Assembly: GCA_964016885.1 (NCBI GenBank)
Contig: OZ024740.1
Location: 258,044,001-258,108,000 of the forward strand
Origin: Eledone cirrhosa
Lineage: Eukaryota
DNA: 64,000 bases
Reading direction: 5' to 3'
Made by a program: the position numbers and the translations under genes. Positions 49,168-62,800 of the stretch are shown here, in pieces; within the stretch, counting starts at the first letter, position 1; every line of letters begins with the position of its first letter. A model generated the notes under the pieces. The model did no database searches. It was not told the DNA's origin and saw only the letters and a list, made by a program, of their open reading frames with translations.

Positions 49168-49526
49168 CAGGGTGTATCAAAACGAATCATACGATTTTTG
49201 AAACTAGTGATCATATAATCAAGCGGTAACTTGTACAATGCATATCTGTATATAAAGGGTTATACTTTTTGATGATTTTCATGAATTTTAATACGGTTAT
49301 TTACAATTTTTACATGTCTTTCAATCTGCTTCCAGATGTCGATCATGCCAAAAAAGCGGTCTGGGTTTTCCGCCTCAACAAGTGTGAATCATAAGAAGGG
49401 GATATTGAGCATTTGTAGAAATTGTTATAAAACTGTATATTTGTACAGGTTACCACATGATTATATGTTCATTTCTTTCAAACACATAATCATTTGAAAT
49501 CGAATGATTCTATTTCATACACGCAG
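49168..49526. mobile_element. Tc1/mariner-type MITE
   Basis: TA|CAGGGTGTATCAAAACGAATCATACGATTT ... AAATCGAATGATTCTATTTCATACACGCAG|TA: ~30-bp imperfect TIRs with TA on both sides. Confidence 0.65.
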
Positions 49527-49614
49527 TATAATTTAGTCCGGGCGGGATATGCAATACATGCAGGATGGTCGTGGCAGGAACATATGCGATTGGGGGTCTC
49601 CTGGGTTAGATTAA

Positions 49615-49892
49615 AGGCGCCTGTCTTGGTTGTTAGGGTGCTAGGAATCGTATGGTCGTGTGTTCGATCCTCGGCTCTACGTTGAGTCCTTGAGCAAGTT
49701 ACTTTATTTCATATTCCCTGTAAGAAAATAGCTGTAAATGTAATTCAAAGACCCAGCCTTGTCACACAATGTGTCACGTTCGATCTATTTAACAACTATG
49801 TTAAAAGTACACGTGGCTGTGGAATGTTTAGTGACTTGCATGCATTTCACGAACAAGGTCCTCTGATACGCAGACAACTACAGCACTCATCG
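49615..49892 (+). mobile_element. tRNA-derived SINE
   Basis: B box GTTCGATCC, then GTCCTTGAGCAAGTTACTTTATTTCA. Confidence 0.6.
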
Positions 49893-50019
49893 TTAATACC
49901 GACGGTGGCCCAACAACCAACAACTATTCATAAATAAATAGATTCGATTTGTTGTTAGGTTTCCCAAGTAAACTTCCTTTTTGTGCGAGTGTGTGTGCAT
50001 GTGAGCGAGTGTTTTTGTG

Positions 50020-50815
50020 TGTGTATGAAGGAGCTTCTTTAGGATGCTGTTTCTTGATCCGACATTAGCTTTATAATTGCAATATGGTCCTTGTATGTAA
50101 GGGACTGGTGCAGAGTGATCCCAAGTTAGATAGGCTTGGGCGTTGCTTCTGGGATACACTGCAGAGATCATCTGCATAAAGAAATCTCCTAGTATTTGGA
50201 TTGGGGGATGATCATTTGTATAGATATTGAAGAGGTGGGGAGCAAACACATTACATTGGGGGAGGTCATTCTTCAGTAACTGCCATCGGCTGCATTTGCC
50301 ACTGAGGTCTACAAAACATCGTCTGTTGGACATGTTCCTGACGAGAAGAGTGACCTTTCCTAGTCATCTAAAAGAGCTTCTCCGTGAGGATCCTGGAGGT
50401 GACAGGGTCATATGCTGCAGAGATGTCAACGAATGAAGCACCTCTAATCCAACGCTTCTCAAACCCATCTTCAGTGAATTGGGTCAGTTTCAGTAGCGAA
50501 CTAGTGCAAGACTTTCCAGTTCTGAAACCTACAGGTTCTGGATTGAGATTTGCATCTATGGACGGAACAAGGCGGTTTAAGATTAGGCGTTCAAAGAGCG
50601 TGTAGGTGTGGGGGTGAGGGAGATTGTCATCTAGCACTTAAGGCTGGCGTGCGCTTTACTTAGCTACAGTAATGGTGTTACTTTCACTTTCCTCCTTATA
50701 TTTGCAATCTTGTTGGAGCTCATGCAATCATTGAGCATCTCAAGGAGACATGTGAGGGCAGATTCTAAATCTGCTAAACAAGCATGTCGCTGAGACCTGC
50801 AACCTTGCTCTTTTT
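50020..50815 (-). pseudogene. Degenerate LINE RT fragment (Ingi/Vingi-like)
   Basis: LFERLILNRL, GFRTGKSCTSSLLKLTQFTEDGFE, FVDISAAYD, LPQCNVFAPHLFNIYTND. Confidence 0.7.
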
Positions 50816-50831
50816 CAATGTATTTAATTAA

Positions 50832-50868
<37 letters not shown>

Positions 50869-51419
50869 CAAAATATGAGGAAATAATAGACAAAAATATA
50901 CCTATTTTTTCTTCAAAGTCCCGTGAGCTCTGACTCTACACTTTAAAAGTGCATCATCGCTGTGAGGTTGATACGGCCTTCAAGAGACCCCTCGGGAAAA
51001 ATGACTGTTCCTTAACGCGTTTAGAGCAAGTGAGAAAGTCTCATAGGCGGAGGGAAAGATTTACAAGTGATAGGTGGTAAAAAAAAGGGGATTGTTTCTT
51101 TCGTAGCAAGTGAGAATTTCTCGAGAGGCGAGGAGAGAGATAGACACATGATACAGTGGTCACAGAAGGGTAGTAAGGTGAACAGTGAGCGAATACCGTA
51201 TTTGCTAGAAAAAGCGTTAATACACTCATAGTTAACTCGACCATAGCAGAGTTTGGGACAATATAATAATTGTTTCTACTTTTGGCACAAGGCCAGCAAT
51301 TAACTAGTACATTACTGGTACTTTATTTTAACGACGTGTGCGCGTGCGTGTGTGTGTCTGTCTGTGTCTGTATATATATACACACACACACACATGTGTA
51401 TACATGATATACATAATCT

Positions 51420-52570
51420 ATTGTTATATTATTATACATAGGGAGCGTCATGCTGTCCTAATATTGCCAAAAAATAGTAAAATCCACTCACTTCTTGCTT
51501 TGATTGATTTGGTTTTCGTTTCAGTATAGTTTTTATTTTTATAAATAATTTTAACTGACAATCAATATCTATCATTGATTAAAAATATAAATATAAATAT
51601 AATTTATTTAATGTTCTTTCGTCATACATTTCTGTGACATCTTCAGTGATTATTGCTGTATTTCCTCTAGTTGTTTCTCTATAACGTTTATTTTTTGTTT
51701 CTGCTTGCGCATGCGTTTGGATGCGTGCATTCTGACTGGTCTGTGCTCGTGTTTTCGTGCCTTAGTCTGCGTGTGTTTATGTTTTTATATTCTATCTATG
51801 GTCACTAGTGTGTGTTTGAGTATGGTTGTTTCTATTCCACTCATGTTTTCTGTTCGGACTAGTTTTCTGTAGCCTCCCTAGTTTCGAGTCATTCCTATGT
51901 TTAGATGTTCTAACGTCTATGTTGTCTATTTTACCACCAAGTTTTAGTCTGGTGTGTTCCAATAGTACAGAATTGTCTTGTTGTCCTGTTAGTTCACTCC
52001 AGTGTTCGACCCTCTCCTATGCTACTGACTGTCTCTACTATGTATGGCGTTGTCATGTTTCTGCAGGCACCCTCTGTACATCTTATGCTATAGACTACAT
52101 TTCTAGTTCTACAATGTATTTGTGGACTCAACATATTACATATTACTTATTTGTACAGTGAATTTTCTTAAAGGAGTAAATTTTACTGATCAGGGATTTT
52201 ATGGTAGTTCCTGGCTTTCCTCCAACTTTAATGTATAAATAGATTTTTCTTGGAGCCTTCCTAAATCGACTCGTTAATTCACCATTAAAGGTTGCATCCA
52301 CAAACATGACAATCTGGTATCACCGATTGTCCTACCATGAATTAGTTTTCCTTATTTTTCCTAGTCCTATCTATGTTATTCCATGATCCTGTACAGCGGG
52401 GAAATCCCTTTCATTTCCATCTGTATGAGGTTCATGTATTTCGCCGTGGCCCCTTTGTACACCCTGATTCTGTCACTTTCGTTGTAGCCAGAGAACTGCA
52501 TACGATGGAGGAAGTGTTGTACGTGTCTTTCTAGTTCAGTTGGATCACATATGCGGGACACACTTTTATA
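51420..52570 (-). mobile_element. 3' remnant of a PLE related to the 41-45 kb element, with HHR at 51607-51651
   Basis: VSRICDPTELERHVQHFLHRMQFSGYN matches the 41908-43086 protein; minus-strand ATCA-CTGAAGA-TGTCAC-AGAAATGT-ATGAC-GAAA-GAAC. Confidence 0.8.
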
Positions 52571-52822
52571 TATACAAATAAGAATGTGTTCGAATATTCT
52601 TACGGTTGCATGTATACATTTTTCTGTACAAGCATACGTTAAAATAAAGACAATCATACGTGCAACTAATAATATATATAGATATATAGATACAATATGT
52701 CCGTATATGTATGCATCTTTGTGTGTGTAGGACGAATATATAATGATATATTCACGAGTGTCGTTTACTGTATTTGCATATATATAAACATAGACACACC
52801 ACAGACATATATATATATATTT

Positions 52823-52889
<67 letters not shown>

Positions 52890-52896
<7 letters not shown>

Positions 52897-53746
52897 AATT
52901 TATATCTAGTAACATTTATATACACACAGAGGCATATCAATGCTAGCAAATATATAGGTTTTGTCTTATTAACAATGTGGTTCAATGCATGGGGTTGCAG
53001 AACAATAATATGAGAGACGTAAAATAGAAAATTATAAAATTAACTTACTTACTAAAAAATCACTTCCAACTAATTAGTTTCTGGAATGGAGTAAACATAT
53101 TTTCCGAAGAAATTTATAGAAAATCATTCCGTCATCAGGAAAGACTTTTTCCGTATAGGTCTCCAGGCATAGCGAGGACACTGGAAACTTATAAAAAAAA
53201 TAATTCAGTGGTATGAAAATAGCGATGCGTGGACTGGATTCCAAGCCATTGAGAAAATCACTGCCACTACGTCCGTGGCAAATTCAAAAAGAATCAATCA
53301 CGTGACATCGAGGTCAATCAGTGGAAAGAGAGTGGTTATTAAGACAGCGGCCAGCTTACTACCATAGTAGCAGTCATGGCCAAATATTGCTCGACAAATG
53401 AATTGGAGATAATTATAAGGAATTTATATCTAGTAACATTTATATACACACAGATGCATATCAATGCTAGCAAATATATAGGTTTTGTCTTATTAACAAT
53501 GTGGTTCAATGCATGGGGTTGCAGAACAATAATATGAGAGACGTAAAATAAGAAAATTATAAAATTAACTTACTTACTAAAAAATCACTTCCAACTAATT
53601 AGTTTCTGGAATGGAGTAAATATATTTTCCGAAGAAATTTATGGAAAATCATTCCATCATCAGGAAAGTCTTTTTCCGTATAGGTCTCCAGGCATAGCGA
53701 GGACACTGGAAACTTATTAAAAAAATAATTCAGTGGAATGGAAATA
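52890..53746 (-). mobile_element. Non-coding element with two ~330-bp direct repeats, each with an HHR (retrozyme / pLTR-like)
   Basis: 52890-53220 is repeated at 53414-53746; HHRs at 53063-53143 and 53588-53668; (TA)n on both flanks. Confidence 0.8.
53588..53668 (-). ncRNA. Hammerhead ribozyme motif (family D); twin at 53063-53143
   Basis: CTTTC-CTGATGA-TGGAATG...CATTCCA-GAAA-CTAATTAG-TT-GGAAG: stem I CTTTC/GGAAG, extended stem II, palindromic stem III ACTAATTAGT, GUU cleavage triplet. Confidence 0.85.
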
Positions 53747-53809
53747 TATATATATATATATATATATATAAGAGTGAGAAATGAAATTTCGTTTTCATTT
53801 TTATTACAA

Positions 53810-53864
<55 letters not shown>

Positions 53865-54563
53865 CGAAGGAAGTGGTAAGGAACCAGGTGGACCATAACG
53901 CACCAAAGTACTCAATACTTAGGGTAGTAGAGTGGGTAATAGGAACGAGTAGGACCCCGACGGCTGAGCTCAAGCCATTTCGACGGCTAATTCTGGACTA
54001 AAGGAACATTTTTATCCTGGTATATGAATAGCCGAGCTTCTCAGGTGTAATTCCATATATGGTAAAAGTGATTGTCACAAGGATTGGTCAAAAGTTTGTT
54101 GTTGAGACACATAATTCTATCATGGCAATTTGTGGAAGGAGGAGGTAGCTGAACCTGACAGTAGAAGAAAGAGGGAGAGGGAATGGAGGAAACCCAGTCG
54201 TGCGTTGATAGTGCCAACTAGAGCAGGATTCTAAGGGCAGGAGGTCAAGCAAGTATACTAGGGAGGGGTAGGGGGAGTAAGTCGAAACAATAAGTAAATC
54301 AATATGGAGTAAATATATAGAAGAATACAAAGAATGTTAAAAATATTAAAAAAAAATTCTGGTTACTATTCCCTAACCACAATCATCAAGTCTCTCACTG
54401 GTACTGCTAACCTATAGAAAAGTTTACTAGGTGGGACGGAATTGTAGTGAGACAATTTTATGAGTTAGTAGTAATCAACCGAGTATATCTTACAGTGACA
54501 GGTCAACAAGTAGGGGGCCAAAATACTAAAGAAACTACCACGAAATAATAATTCAGAGTCCCG

Positions 54564-54646
54564 AAACTAATACGAAATAATTGTTTCTACTTTAAGCACA
54601 AGGCCAGCAATTACCCAGTGCAAAACATAAACTAATACGAAATAAT
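54564..54646 (-). mobile_element. 5'-truncated SINE with 18-bp target-site duplication
   Basis: AAACTAATACGAAATAAT at 54564-54581 and 54629-54646 flank TGTTTCTACTTTAAGCACAAGGCCAGCAATTACCCAGTGCA. Confidence 0.75.
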
Positions 54647-55249
54647 AATTCAGAATCCCGAAAATGAATACTAATACTATCTCTAAGGGTGCCGCTACGA
54701 TACAAAAATTCTAGTACAAGCTACATAAATGCTCGTACGATATATATAAAAAATTTGATACGGAAAATTAATTCAGAATCCCCCCCACCCCCACCCCCCA
54801 AAAATAAATACTGATATACGAGACACTAAAGCAGAGATACCACTAAGAAATGTAGAAAGCACGGAAATGGGGCAGCCATCGGATAAGAAAGCAAGTATCT
54901 GGGGTCTATCACATCTGCTATAAAAAGCGGAGTCGGCCAATTCTATCATAGAATAGGGGATGGGAGTAGGGGTACTGAGGCTACAAAGGAGCGAGGGGCT
55001 GCCTCGGGGTGGGCGAGAAAGTGAAAAGGATGACGACAAAGAAGGAGGACTTGGGTGGAAGGACTAGGAAGGCATGGGGGGGGGGAGAAGGAAATATAGA
55101 GGAAACCATAAAAAGATATAAAAGACGATCTTACGTCTACCTTTGCAAGCAGGGGTAACGCATTACAAAATCGGCAAGTGGGGTGTTTCACCCCTTGTCT
55201 ACCCCCCCCCCCCCCCGGGGTCATTATGGGGTTTGAGGGCGAGGTAAGT

Positions 55250-55658
55250 CCTACGCAATCTGTGTTTGCATGCAGTTATCAGTTCGTCTTTTTTTGTTTA
55301 GGAGTTGGTCCGTCGAAAACAGCATTTGTAAAGTTTCCTCCGAGCATAAATTGCACGGACGGCGTCCTCCCGTGTAAGTGTTGGCTCTGGACAGTAAGCT
55401 CCAAGTGAGATCATAGGTAATATTGTTATCTTTGAGGTCCCAGATGTGGCCCGAAAGTGTGGTGGCGTGACGCCGGGCCGGGTTTCGGAAAGTATGTCTG
55501 TGTTGGTATAGCCGGGTCTTGAAGTCACATGCGGTTAATCCAGATGCAGAGATCGTAATGTGATCTACCAGTGCAACGTGAGGACGGACACCTCCAACAA
55601 AGCTTATATAGGATTAACCGCATGTGACTTCAAGACCCGGCTATACCAACACAGACAT
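55250..55658. pseudogene. Inverted/split GIY-YIG endonuclease of a second PLE lineage (Hydra-clade-like)
   Basis: Plus 55542-55658: RCRDRNVIYQCNVRTDTSNKAYIGLTACDFKTRLYQHRH; minus 55541-55250: GLTACDFKTRLYQHRHTFRN...LSGHIWDLKDNNITYDLTWSLLSRANTY...CNLCSEE...LLNKK/DELITACKHR. Not in the ORF track (no start codon). Confidence 0.8.
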
Positions 55659-55749
55659 ATATGAAAGTATAGAAATTATTGTAAGCGTGAAGCCAACAGT
55701 ATTTCATAATATATAAGTGACTATAACAAAATGGAAAATAATATATATA

Positions 55750-55875
55750 TATCGTTTCTGAATTTGTTTAGCAAGATTATTTATCTGAAATCGTGTGTTG
55801 AAACCGATATTGTTATACTTTGGGAGGGTCATGTTGCCAATAAGAAACACACGCACCAGTTGCTTTCACTCCAAT

Positions 55876-55928
<53 letters not shown>

Positions 55929-56187
55929 CAAAATAGCGTAGGACAGAAGAAAGGAAAGGCACAGAAACAAAGAAAGGAATCACCAGTCACTGAAGAGGTC
56001 ACAGAGTGTGTGACGAAAGGACTATGACTATATATAAACAACTATCTGGTTGTGGAACCAACCAACCAACCAGAAATTTATAAGTTTGTAGATTTTTAAA
56101 TTTATAAATTTATAAATATATAATAAATTGAAGTGAAAGCAACTGGTGCGTGTGTTTCTTATTGGCAACATGACCCTCCCAAAGTAT

Positions 56188-56195
<8 letters not shown>
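55750..56195. mobile_element. Inverted pair of PLE terminal fragments (family A)
   Basis: 55808-55880 is the reverse complement of 56119-56195; both match 45045-45117; embedded in (TA)n. Confidence 0.8.
55985..56029 (+). ncRNA. Hammerhead ribozyme motif (family A), best-preserved copy
   Basis: AGTCA-CTGAAGA-GGTCAC-AGAGTGT-GTGAC-GAAA-GGAC-TA-TGACT: stem I AGTCA/TGACT, stem II GTCAC/GTGAC, CUA triplet. Confidence 0.85.
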
Positions 56196-56275
<80 letters not shown>

Positions 56276-56347
56276 GGATGTGCGCGTATAGGTTCTATAT
56301 ACTCTATATAGAGCATGTAATGTCTATGTATACTATATCTCTCTCTT

Positions 56348-56383
<36 letters not shown>

Positions 56384-56474
56384 TAGAAGGGGTATTTAAT
56401 TTGTTGGAAATCCGACAAATATAAATGTTTATAACTGATTTAGAGCAATCAACAGTTTACTGGAGTAAATATTC

Positions 56475-56820
56475 AATGATATTAAATAAATGGAAACTAT
56501 ATTTATAAAACCATATTTATTTTATTATATATATTGGTACGCTTTTATCAGATAAAATATAAAGTTTCTTTTATAAATATAGACATACCCATGAAAATCA
56601 TACCTTATCGGTTGGATATTCACTCGATAGGTTTGGATATTCACTATCCAGTGAATATCCAACCGATAAGTTATGATTTTCATGGGTATGTCTCTATTTA
56701 TAAAACAAACTTTGTATTTTATCTGAGGAAAGCGTACCAATGTGTCTTGGTTCCCTTCAAATATATTTAATAAAATAAATATGGTTTTATAAATATAGTT
56801 TCCATTTATTTAATATCATT
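56475..56820. repeat. Imperfect long inverted repeat with a decayed family C HHR (56715-56777)
   Basis: 56475-56528 pairs with 56767-56820 and 56533-56625 with 56650-56741; TATTTTAT-CTGAGGA...CAAA(for GAAA)...TA-ATAAAATA. Confidence 0.8.
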
Positions 56821-56821
56821 G

Positions 56822-56925
<104 letters not shown>

Positions 56926-57116
56926 GTATACAAACATCGAGAGAGTGAGAAAGATGGATGAATATATATCACCAATATGTATGTCAATATGTACATATTG
57001 ACATTACATGTTCTATATGAAGTATTTAGAATCTATACACACACATGTATATATGTGTGTGTATATGCACATTATATATTCAACTTGCACAGATGCATAC
57101 ATACAACCACATTTTG

Positions 57117-57151
<35 letters not shown>

Positions 57152-57856
57152 ATGAATGCGTTTACATATATATAGAGAGAGAGTGAGAGCGAGAGAGATG
57201 GGGAGAGAAAGCGAGATATATAGATGGATAGAGGGTCACATGGACAGACAGTCATATATATATATACAGAGAGAGAGAGAGTATGAGAGAGAGAGAGAGA
57301 TGAATAGATATATATATAGATAGAGAGGTAGATAGATATAAAGAGGAAACAGATAGATAGATGGGTAAGTATATAATTTGATAAACACAAACATAGATAG
57401 AGGGAAGAAGAGTGAGTGTGAGAGAGAAAAATATGCACACATGGATAAATATATAGATAGATACATATAAGCACCATATTCCATATAGAAACACACCTAC
57501 CCTAAATATCATATTTATATTCCCAATATATAGAGACCATACATCATATATAATAATAGTTTCGACAATATTGCTTTTAGATAAATAGTAAAGAGTGATT
57601 GCAGTAATTTATTCTCGCTCTCTACGTCTCCATAAAGCATAAGAAATTGTAGGAATATGAGAGGAATTGAAAGAGTCAGTGCCACATGTAGCTTATCTAA
57701 GATCTAAACATTTACAGCCATATAAAAGCTGGGAACCTACAGCATTCAGCGCAATCTATTCACAATAAAAGTATCTAAATAGTTTTCACTTCTGTGAATC
57801 TCCTAGATAAATATATGTACGTTTAGCTATTGTATTCCTCCTATATTCCACCGTGT

Positions 57857-57962
<106 letters not shown>

Positions 57963-58035
57963 CATTTATGAATATGTGGGCGCGTGCGTGGGTCTGGGTG
58001 TGAGCTCGTTGATCTATTACTTTAATTGCTTATAT

Positions 58036-58098
<63 letters not shown>

Positions 58099-58099
58099 G

Positions 58100-58132
<33 letters not shown>

Positions 58133-58329
58133 ATGCATACATCCATTAACACACACTCAACATATAGATGAGTATATGTGTATGTAAGTATGTGTATATG
58201 TATTTATGTATTTATGTATGTATATATGTATGAATGTATGTAAGTATATATATGTATGTTAGTGCACAGTCTTTCCTCAGTAGGAAAGAATTAATTAATA
58301 ATTATTAATAATGGTATACCGTGCAATGG

Positions 58330-59078
58330 ACATACTCGATAACGAGGCGGCAGCCATCATATATGAATGTATGTATATCTGTATATCCAGAGCTTACATC
58401 TGCTATGGAGTTACCATCAACGTCGCAAATACCAAGGTCCTGCTTTAACCACGACCGGGACACCACCCACCATCTGGATTCAAAATCACCATCTGATGAG
58501 TGGACATAGTGAATATTGAACCATTTCCATACCTTAGCAGCGTATTAACATCAAATGCAACTGCTGTAAAAGACGTCGATAACGGGATCAAGGCCGCCCA
58601 TGCAGGAAGCTATTCAAAAGAATCTTAGGAATTCTGGACTAAAACAAACCAATAAGCTTATGGTCCACCGAGCAGTTGTAATCTCGACTCCCCTTTACGC
58701 CTGTGAGACCTGGGTTGTCTACCGAGGTGACGTCCACAAACTTGAACGATTCCATCTCGTGAAAGTTCGGCAAATCCTACTGATTTCGTGGCAGGACCGG
58801 ATCACGAACAACGAAGTTCTCCGTGCGAATATCGGAAGCCTAGAAACAATGATGACTCGCGACTGACTTCCGTGGATGGTGGAAAAAGCAATGAAAAGGC
58901 AACATCCTTCGAAAACACTGAAATCTAAATAGAAGAAACGAAGAAAGCCCAAAGTAATACCAGAACTGCCCGTCTCCTGAACCCTCCTAACCTACCATTC
59001 GGTGGTTCTGGTCGTCTCTTCAGATCCAACATAGAACTCATTTCACAATAAACGTCAACGAGTTCCGCCAACGATGAT
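58330..59078 (+). mobile_element. RTE (BovB-like) LINE 3' fragment
   Basis: YGVTINVANTKVL, FPYLSSVL, KLMVHRAVVISTPLYACETW, ISWQDRITNNEVL; short GATGATG tail. Confidence 0.75.
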
Positions 59079-59872
59079 GTATGTTTCTCTTTCTCTTAAT
59101 TTCGAGTATATTTTTTTGACCGGCCACCTTTCTGGTGGCAAGGTTATAAAAGAAAAGAAATTGTCATCCCTTGAATCGCACAAATATTTTGCAAATTTTG
59201 AAGGGGCTAGCTATCGCAGCCACATGTAATCTATGAATTAGGGAGCTGCGCTCTTTGTCTGCAAATCCAAGTTCAGTCATACTTTGGTCCAAGCGAGTTT
59301 GTATACTGTAACTCCAATAATTGTTTCTAGTTTTTGGCGCAAGGCCAGCAATTACCCAGTGCATTACTGGTGCTTTATTTTATCGACCCCATAAGAATGT
59401 AAGGCAAAGTTAAGCTCGGTAGGATTTGAACTCAGACCGTAAACGTCCGTATCTCCAACCTGTAAAGCATGGCGTCCTACTCTCTACCGATAATGCCAAT
59501 CTACCAATGATAATGGGTATAATAATAATAATGGGTATGAAACTGAAGGCGTATCTTGGATACTGGATCTGCAAACTCCTCATCAATGGTCCGTATATAT
59601 CCGCCTTCTGTATTTTTCTTACAACGTTGACATCAAATGGGCAGCTGATCTCTACGACGGAGCACCTTTTTAATGTGTGGTCCCAAACGACACTATCACA
59701 CCGGTTGTGCTTTAATTTGGTGGCAGTTTTTATTTTCAGGTTCCACCAGTATTCTTTAGTGCCATCTCAACATATTCCTCCTCATTTGTTTTTAATTTTG
59801 TATTCATTAGTGCGTTCCAGATGGTTCTAGTTATCACATCGTGTCTGATAGGGTAGTAGTAACGAGACGATA
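59077..59872 (-). mobile_element. 5'-truncated second copy of the R4/Dong-like element, interrupted by a SINE (59316-59505)
   Basis: 59084-59305 and 59525-59870 are homologous to 59883-60470; SINE sequence inserted at CTCCAATAAT. Confidence 0.85.
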
Positions 59873-62800
59873 TGTATGTATGTTATCTCTTTCTCTTAAT
59901 TTCGAGTATATTTTTTTTGACAGGCCACCTTCCTGGTGGCAAGGTTGTAAAAGAAAAGAAATTATCATCCCTTGAATCGCAAGAATGTTTTGCAAATTTT
60001 GAAGGTGCCAGCTATCGCAGCCAATTGTAGACTATGAATTAGGGAGCTGCGCTTTTTGTCCGCAAATCCAAGTTCAGTCATACTTTGGTCCAAGCGGGTT
60101 GGTATATAACACATAGCTCCAATAATGATGGGTATGAAGCTAAAGGTGTATCTTGGATACTGGATTTGTAAACTCCTCATCAATGGTCCGTAGATGTCCT
60201 CCTACTTCTGTATTTTTCTGACAACGTTTACATCAAGTGGGCAGCTGAACTCCACAACAGAACACGTTTTCAATGTGTGGTCCCAAACAACAATATCAGG
60301 CCGGATGTCCTTTAATTTGGTGGCTGTTTTTATTTTCAGGTTCCACCAGTATTCCTTAGTGCCATCTGTCTCAATATATTCTTCCTCGTTTGTTGTTAAT
60401 TTTGTTTTCCGAAGTGCGTTCCAGATGGTTCTAGCTATCCCATCGTGTCTCATGGGGAGGTAGTAGCGAGATGACATTCTTTTGCAGCTGGCAACAATGT
60501 GGCTTACTTCCTCGATCTTTGTTTTACATAGCCTACATTTATTGTCAGCTGCTGGCCCTCCTCTTTTGTGCAGCAGATATTTGGTAGGGAGTTCTTGTTC
60601 CTGTATTGCATAGAGATATCCCTCCAGGTGTGATGTCATAAACTTGTCGGAACTCCATGCCAGGCTTTTTGAGTCTATGGTCTATGGTCTATGTTTTGCG
60701 TCTCAGTATCCATGCACAACTTTTTCTGTAAATTGATCAATTTTTTTAATCTTGTTTGAATATGGAATAGGATCTTCCGATTTCTCTGGGTGAGAGATTT
60801 ATATCAGGCTTTATTCCATTTCTCTCCTCCAGATCAGTCGCTATTCTAATGATTTATTTTTTCATGCTCATAAACCTGGGCAAGATGGTTGCCAACCTTT
60901 TTCTTCTTTTGAAGGTGTTGCTTCAGTGTTACTATCCGGGTCTCATATGTTATTAATATTGATTTTAGACCCCGGCCACCTTCCTTGCGTGAGAAGTATA
61001 GCTTATCCACATCACCATTGATGTTAAAGTTCCCAGTAACACTGAGAAGTTTGCGAGTTCTAACATCCATCTCACTTAGTTCTTGCAATGACCAGTTCAG
61101 CAGGCCAAATGTTGGCGTTAGAATTGGCATAGAATAAGTATTGTGGGCAATGTACGCTGACAGTTCTGATGACCATATTTTCTTTACTCTTCTGAGGTAT
61201 TCAGTTCTGGTTCTCTCCTTATTTATGGGTCCATCATATCTGACATTCTCATCCTGTCCAAGATATCTGTAGTTGTCACCTGACTGTAGAGGTTGTATTG
61301 TCAGGCCGTTCATCTCTAGATTTCTAGAGGAGGGCAAAGCTCTTCCACGTTTTACTGCCAAATATGCACACTTGGACTCACCAAATTTCATTTTGATGTC
61401 GGTTGAAAATTGTGTAATAAGGTCCAATTGTTTCTTGATGTCATTGATATTTGGCCCATACAACTTCAGGTCATCAACAAATAAAAGATGGGAGATACTT
61501 CTGGACCCACTTCTTTGTCCACCTTGTTTCCTGAGTAGGTAAGATAGTGGATTCAGTGAGAGAACGAAGAGTAGCACTGACAAACTATCACCCTGAAAGA
61601 TGCCCTTCTGGTAATGTATCTTATCAGTCTTAACTTGCTCCTTCTCACCTCTAAGGATCAAATTGGTGTACCAGTTCTAGGTCAGGCGTTCAACAGCAGC
61701 TACCAATGGTTGTGGGATTTTGGCTAACTGTAAAGCCTTAATAATCCACCCATGAGGTACACTATCAAATGCTTTTTGATAGTCCAGCCACACCACAGTC
61801 ATGTTTCTGCGATTCTTTGTTGTTTTTTCTTGAATCATTTTGTTAGTTAGTAGGGGATCTATGCAACCCCACACCCCCCTCTTTCCACCAGCTTGCTCAG
61901 GTGTTATGATGTTGTGGTAGCACAGTGATCCTGTAAGAACAGGTTAAGGCACCCAGTATATAATGTATACATGATGTTTTTGGCAGGCTATTGGGCGGTA
62001 ATTTTTAGCAAGGGTGGTTTGGCTATTTTGGGGAATGAGGAGAGTAGTGGCAGTTGATAACCATCTGGGCAGTTCTTGTGTGCCTTTAATGGTTTCTGTA
62101 AACAGCCGTATGAGATCTTGCCGATAGAAAGTGAAATTCTTCAACCTGTATCCTGTAATGAGGTCTGGGCCTGGCGATTTCCTTTTCGACATTTTCTGTA
62201 GAGCTGTTTCCAATATTGACCCATCTATGTCATATTGTTTTGTCTGGACATGTTGGCAGTAGTCCTGTTCCAGTTCTTTTAGCCAATTAGTTTGTCTGAT
62301 GAATCCGTCATCCGTTTCCCATACAGATCTCCAGTAGCTGTTAACCTGTTCTTTTGAAGGGGTGTCATTTACAGGGATTGAGCTTTTGCCACCGAAGCTG
62401 CGATAAACTGATTTAGGATCTCTGGCAAACAATCTATTTAGCACTTGTCGTTTATGTGCTGTTGACTTATATTTTAGTCTTTCTGTTGTAGCTGTGAGTT
62501 GTTGTTTCAACTGGTGTAATTTGGAGTTCAAAGTTTTAAATTTTGTATCTCCAAATCGTCTCTCTAACATTTTTTTTTAGGTCTTCCTGGTGTCGTGTGA
62601 AGTTGCTCTCTATGTTGCATTTCATAACGACTGCGATGTGTGAGATACTTCGTCTCAGGGACAAAATTTTGGTTTTTAAATTTCGCATCCACGCTGGTTC
62701 AGGCTTTCTGTTTGTATCTTGATTGCGTGGTTTTAGATGTGTGTTATATGATAGCAATTTGACAGCTGAAATATATAACAAAATATTAAGCGTTTCAAAT

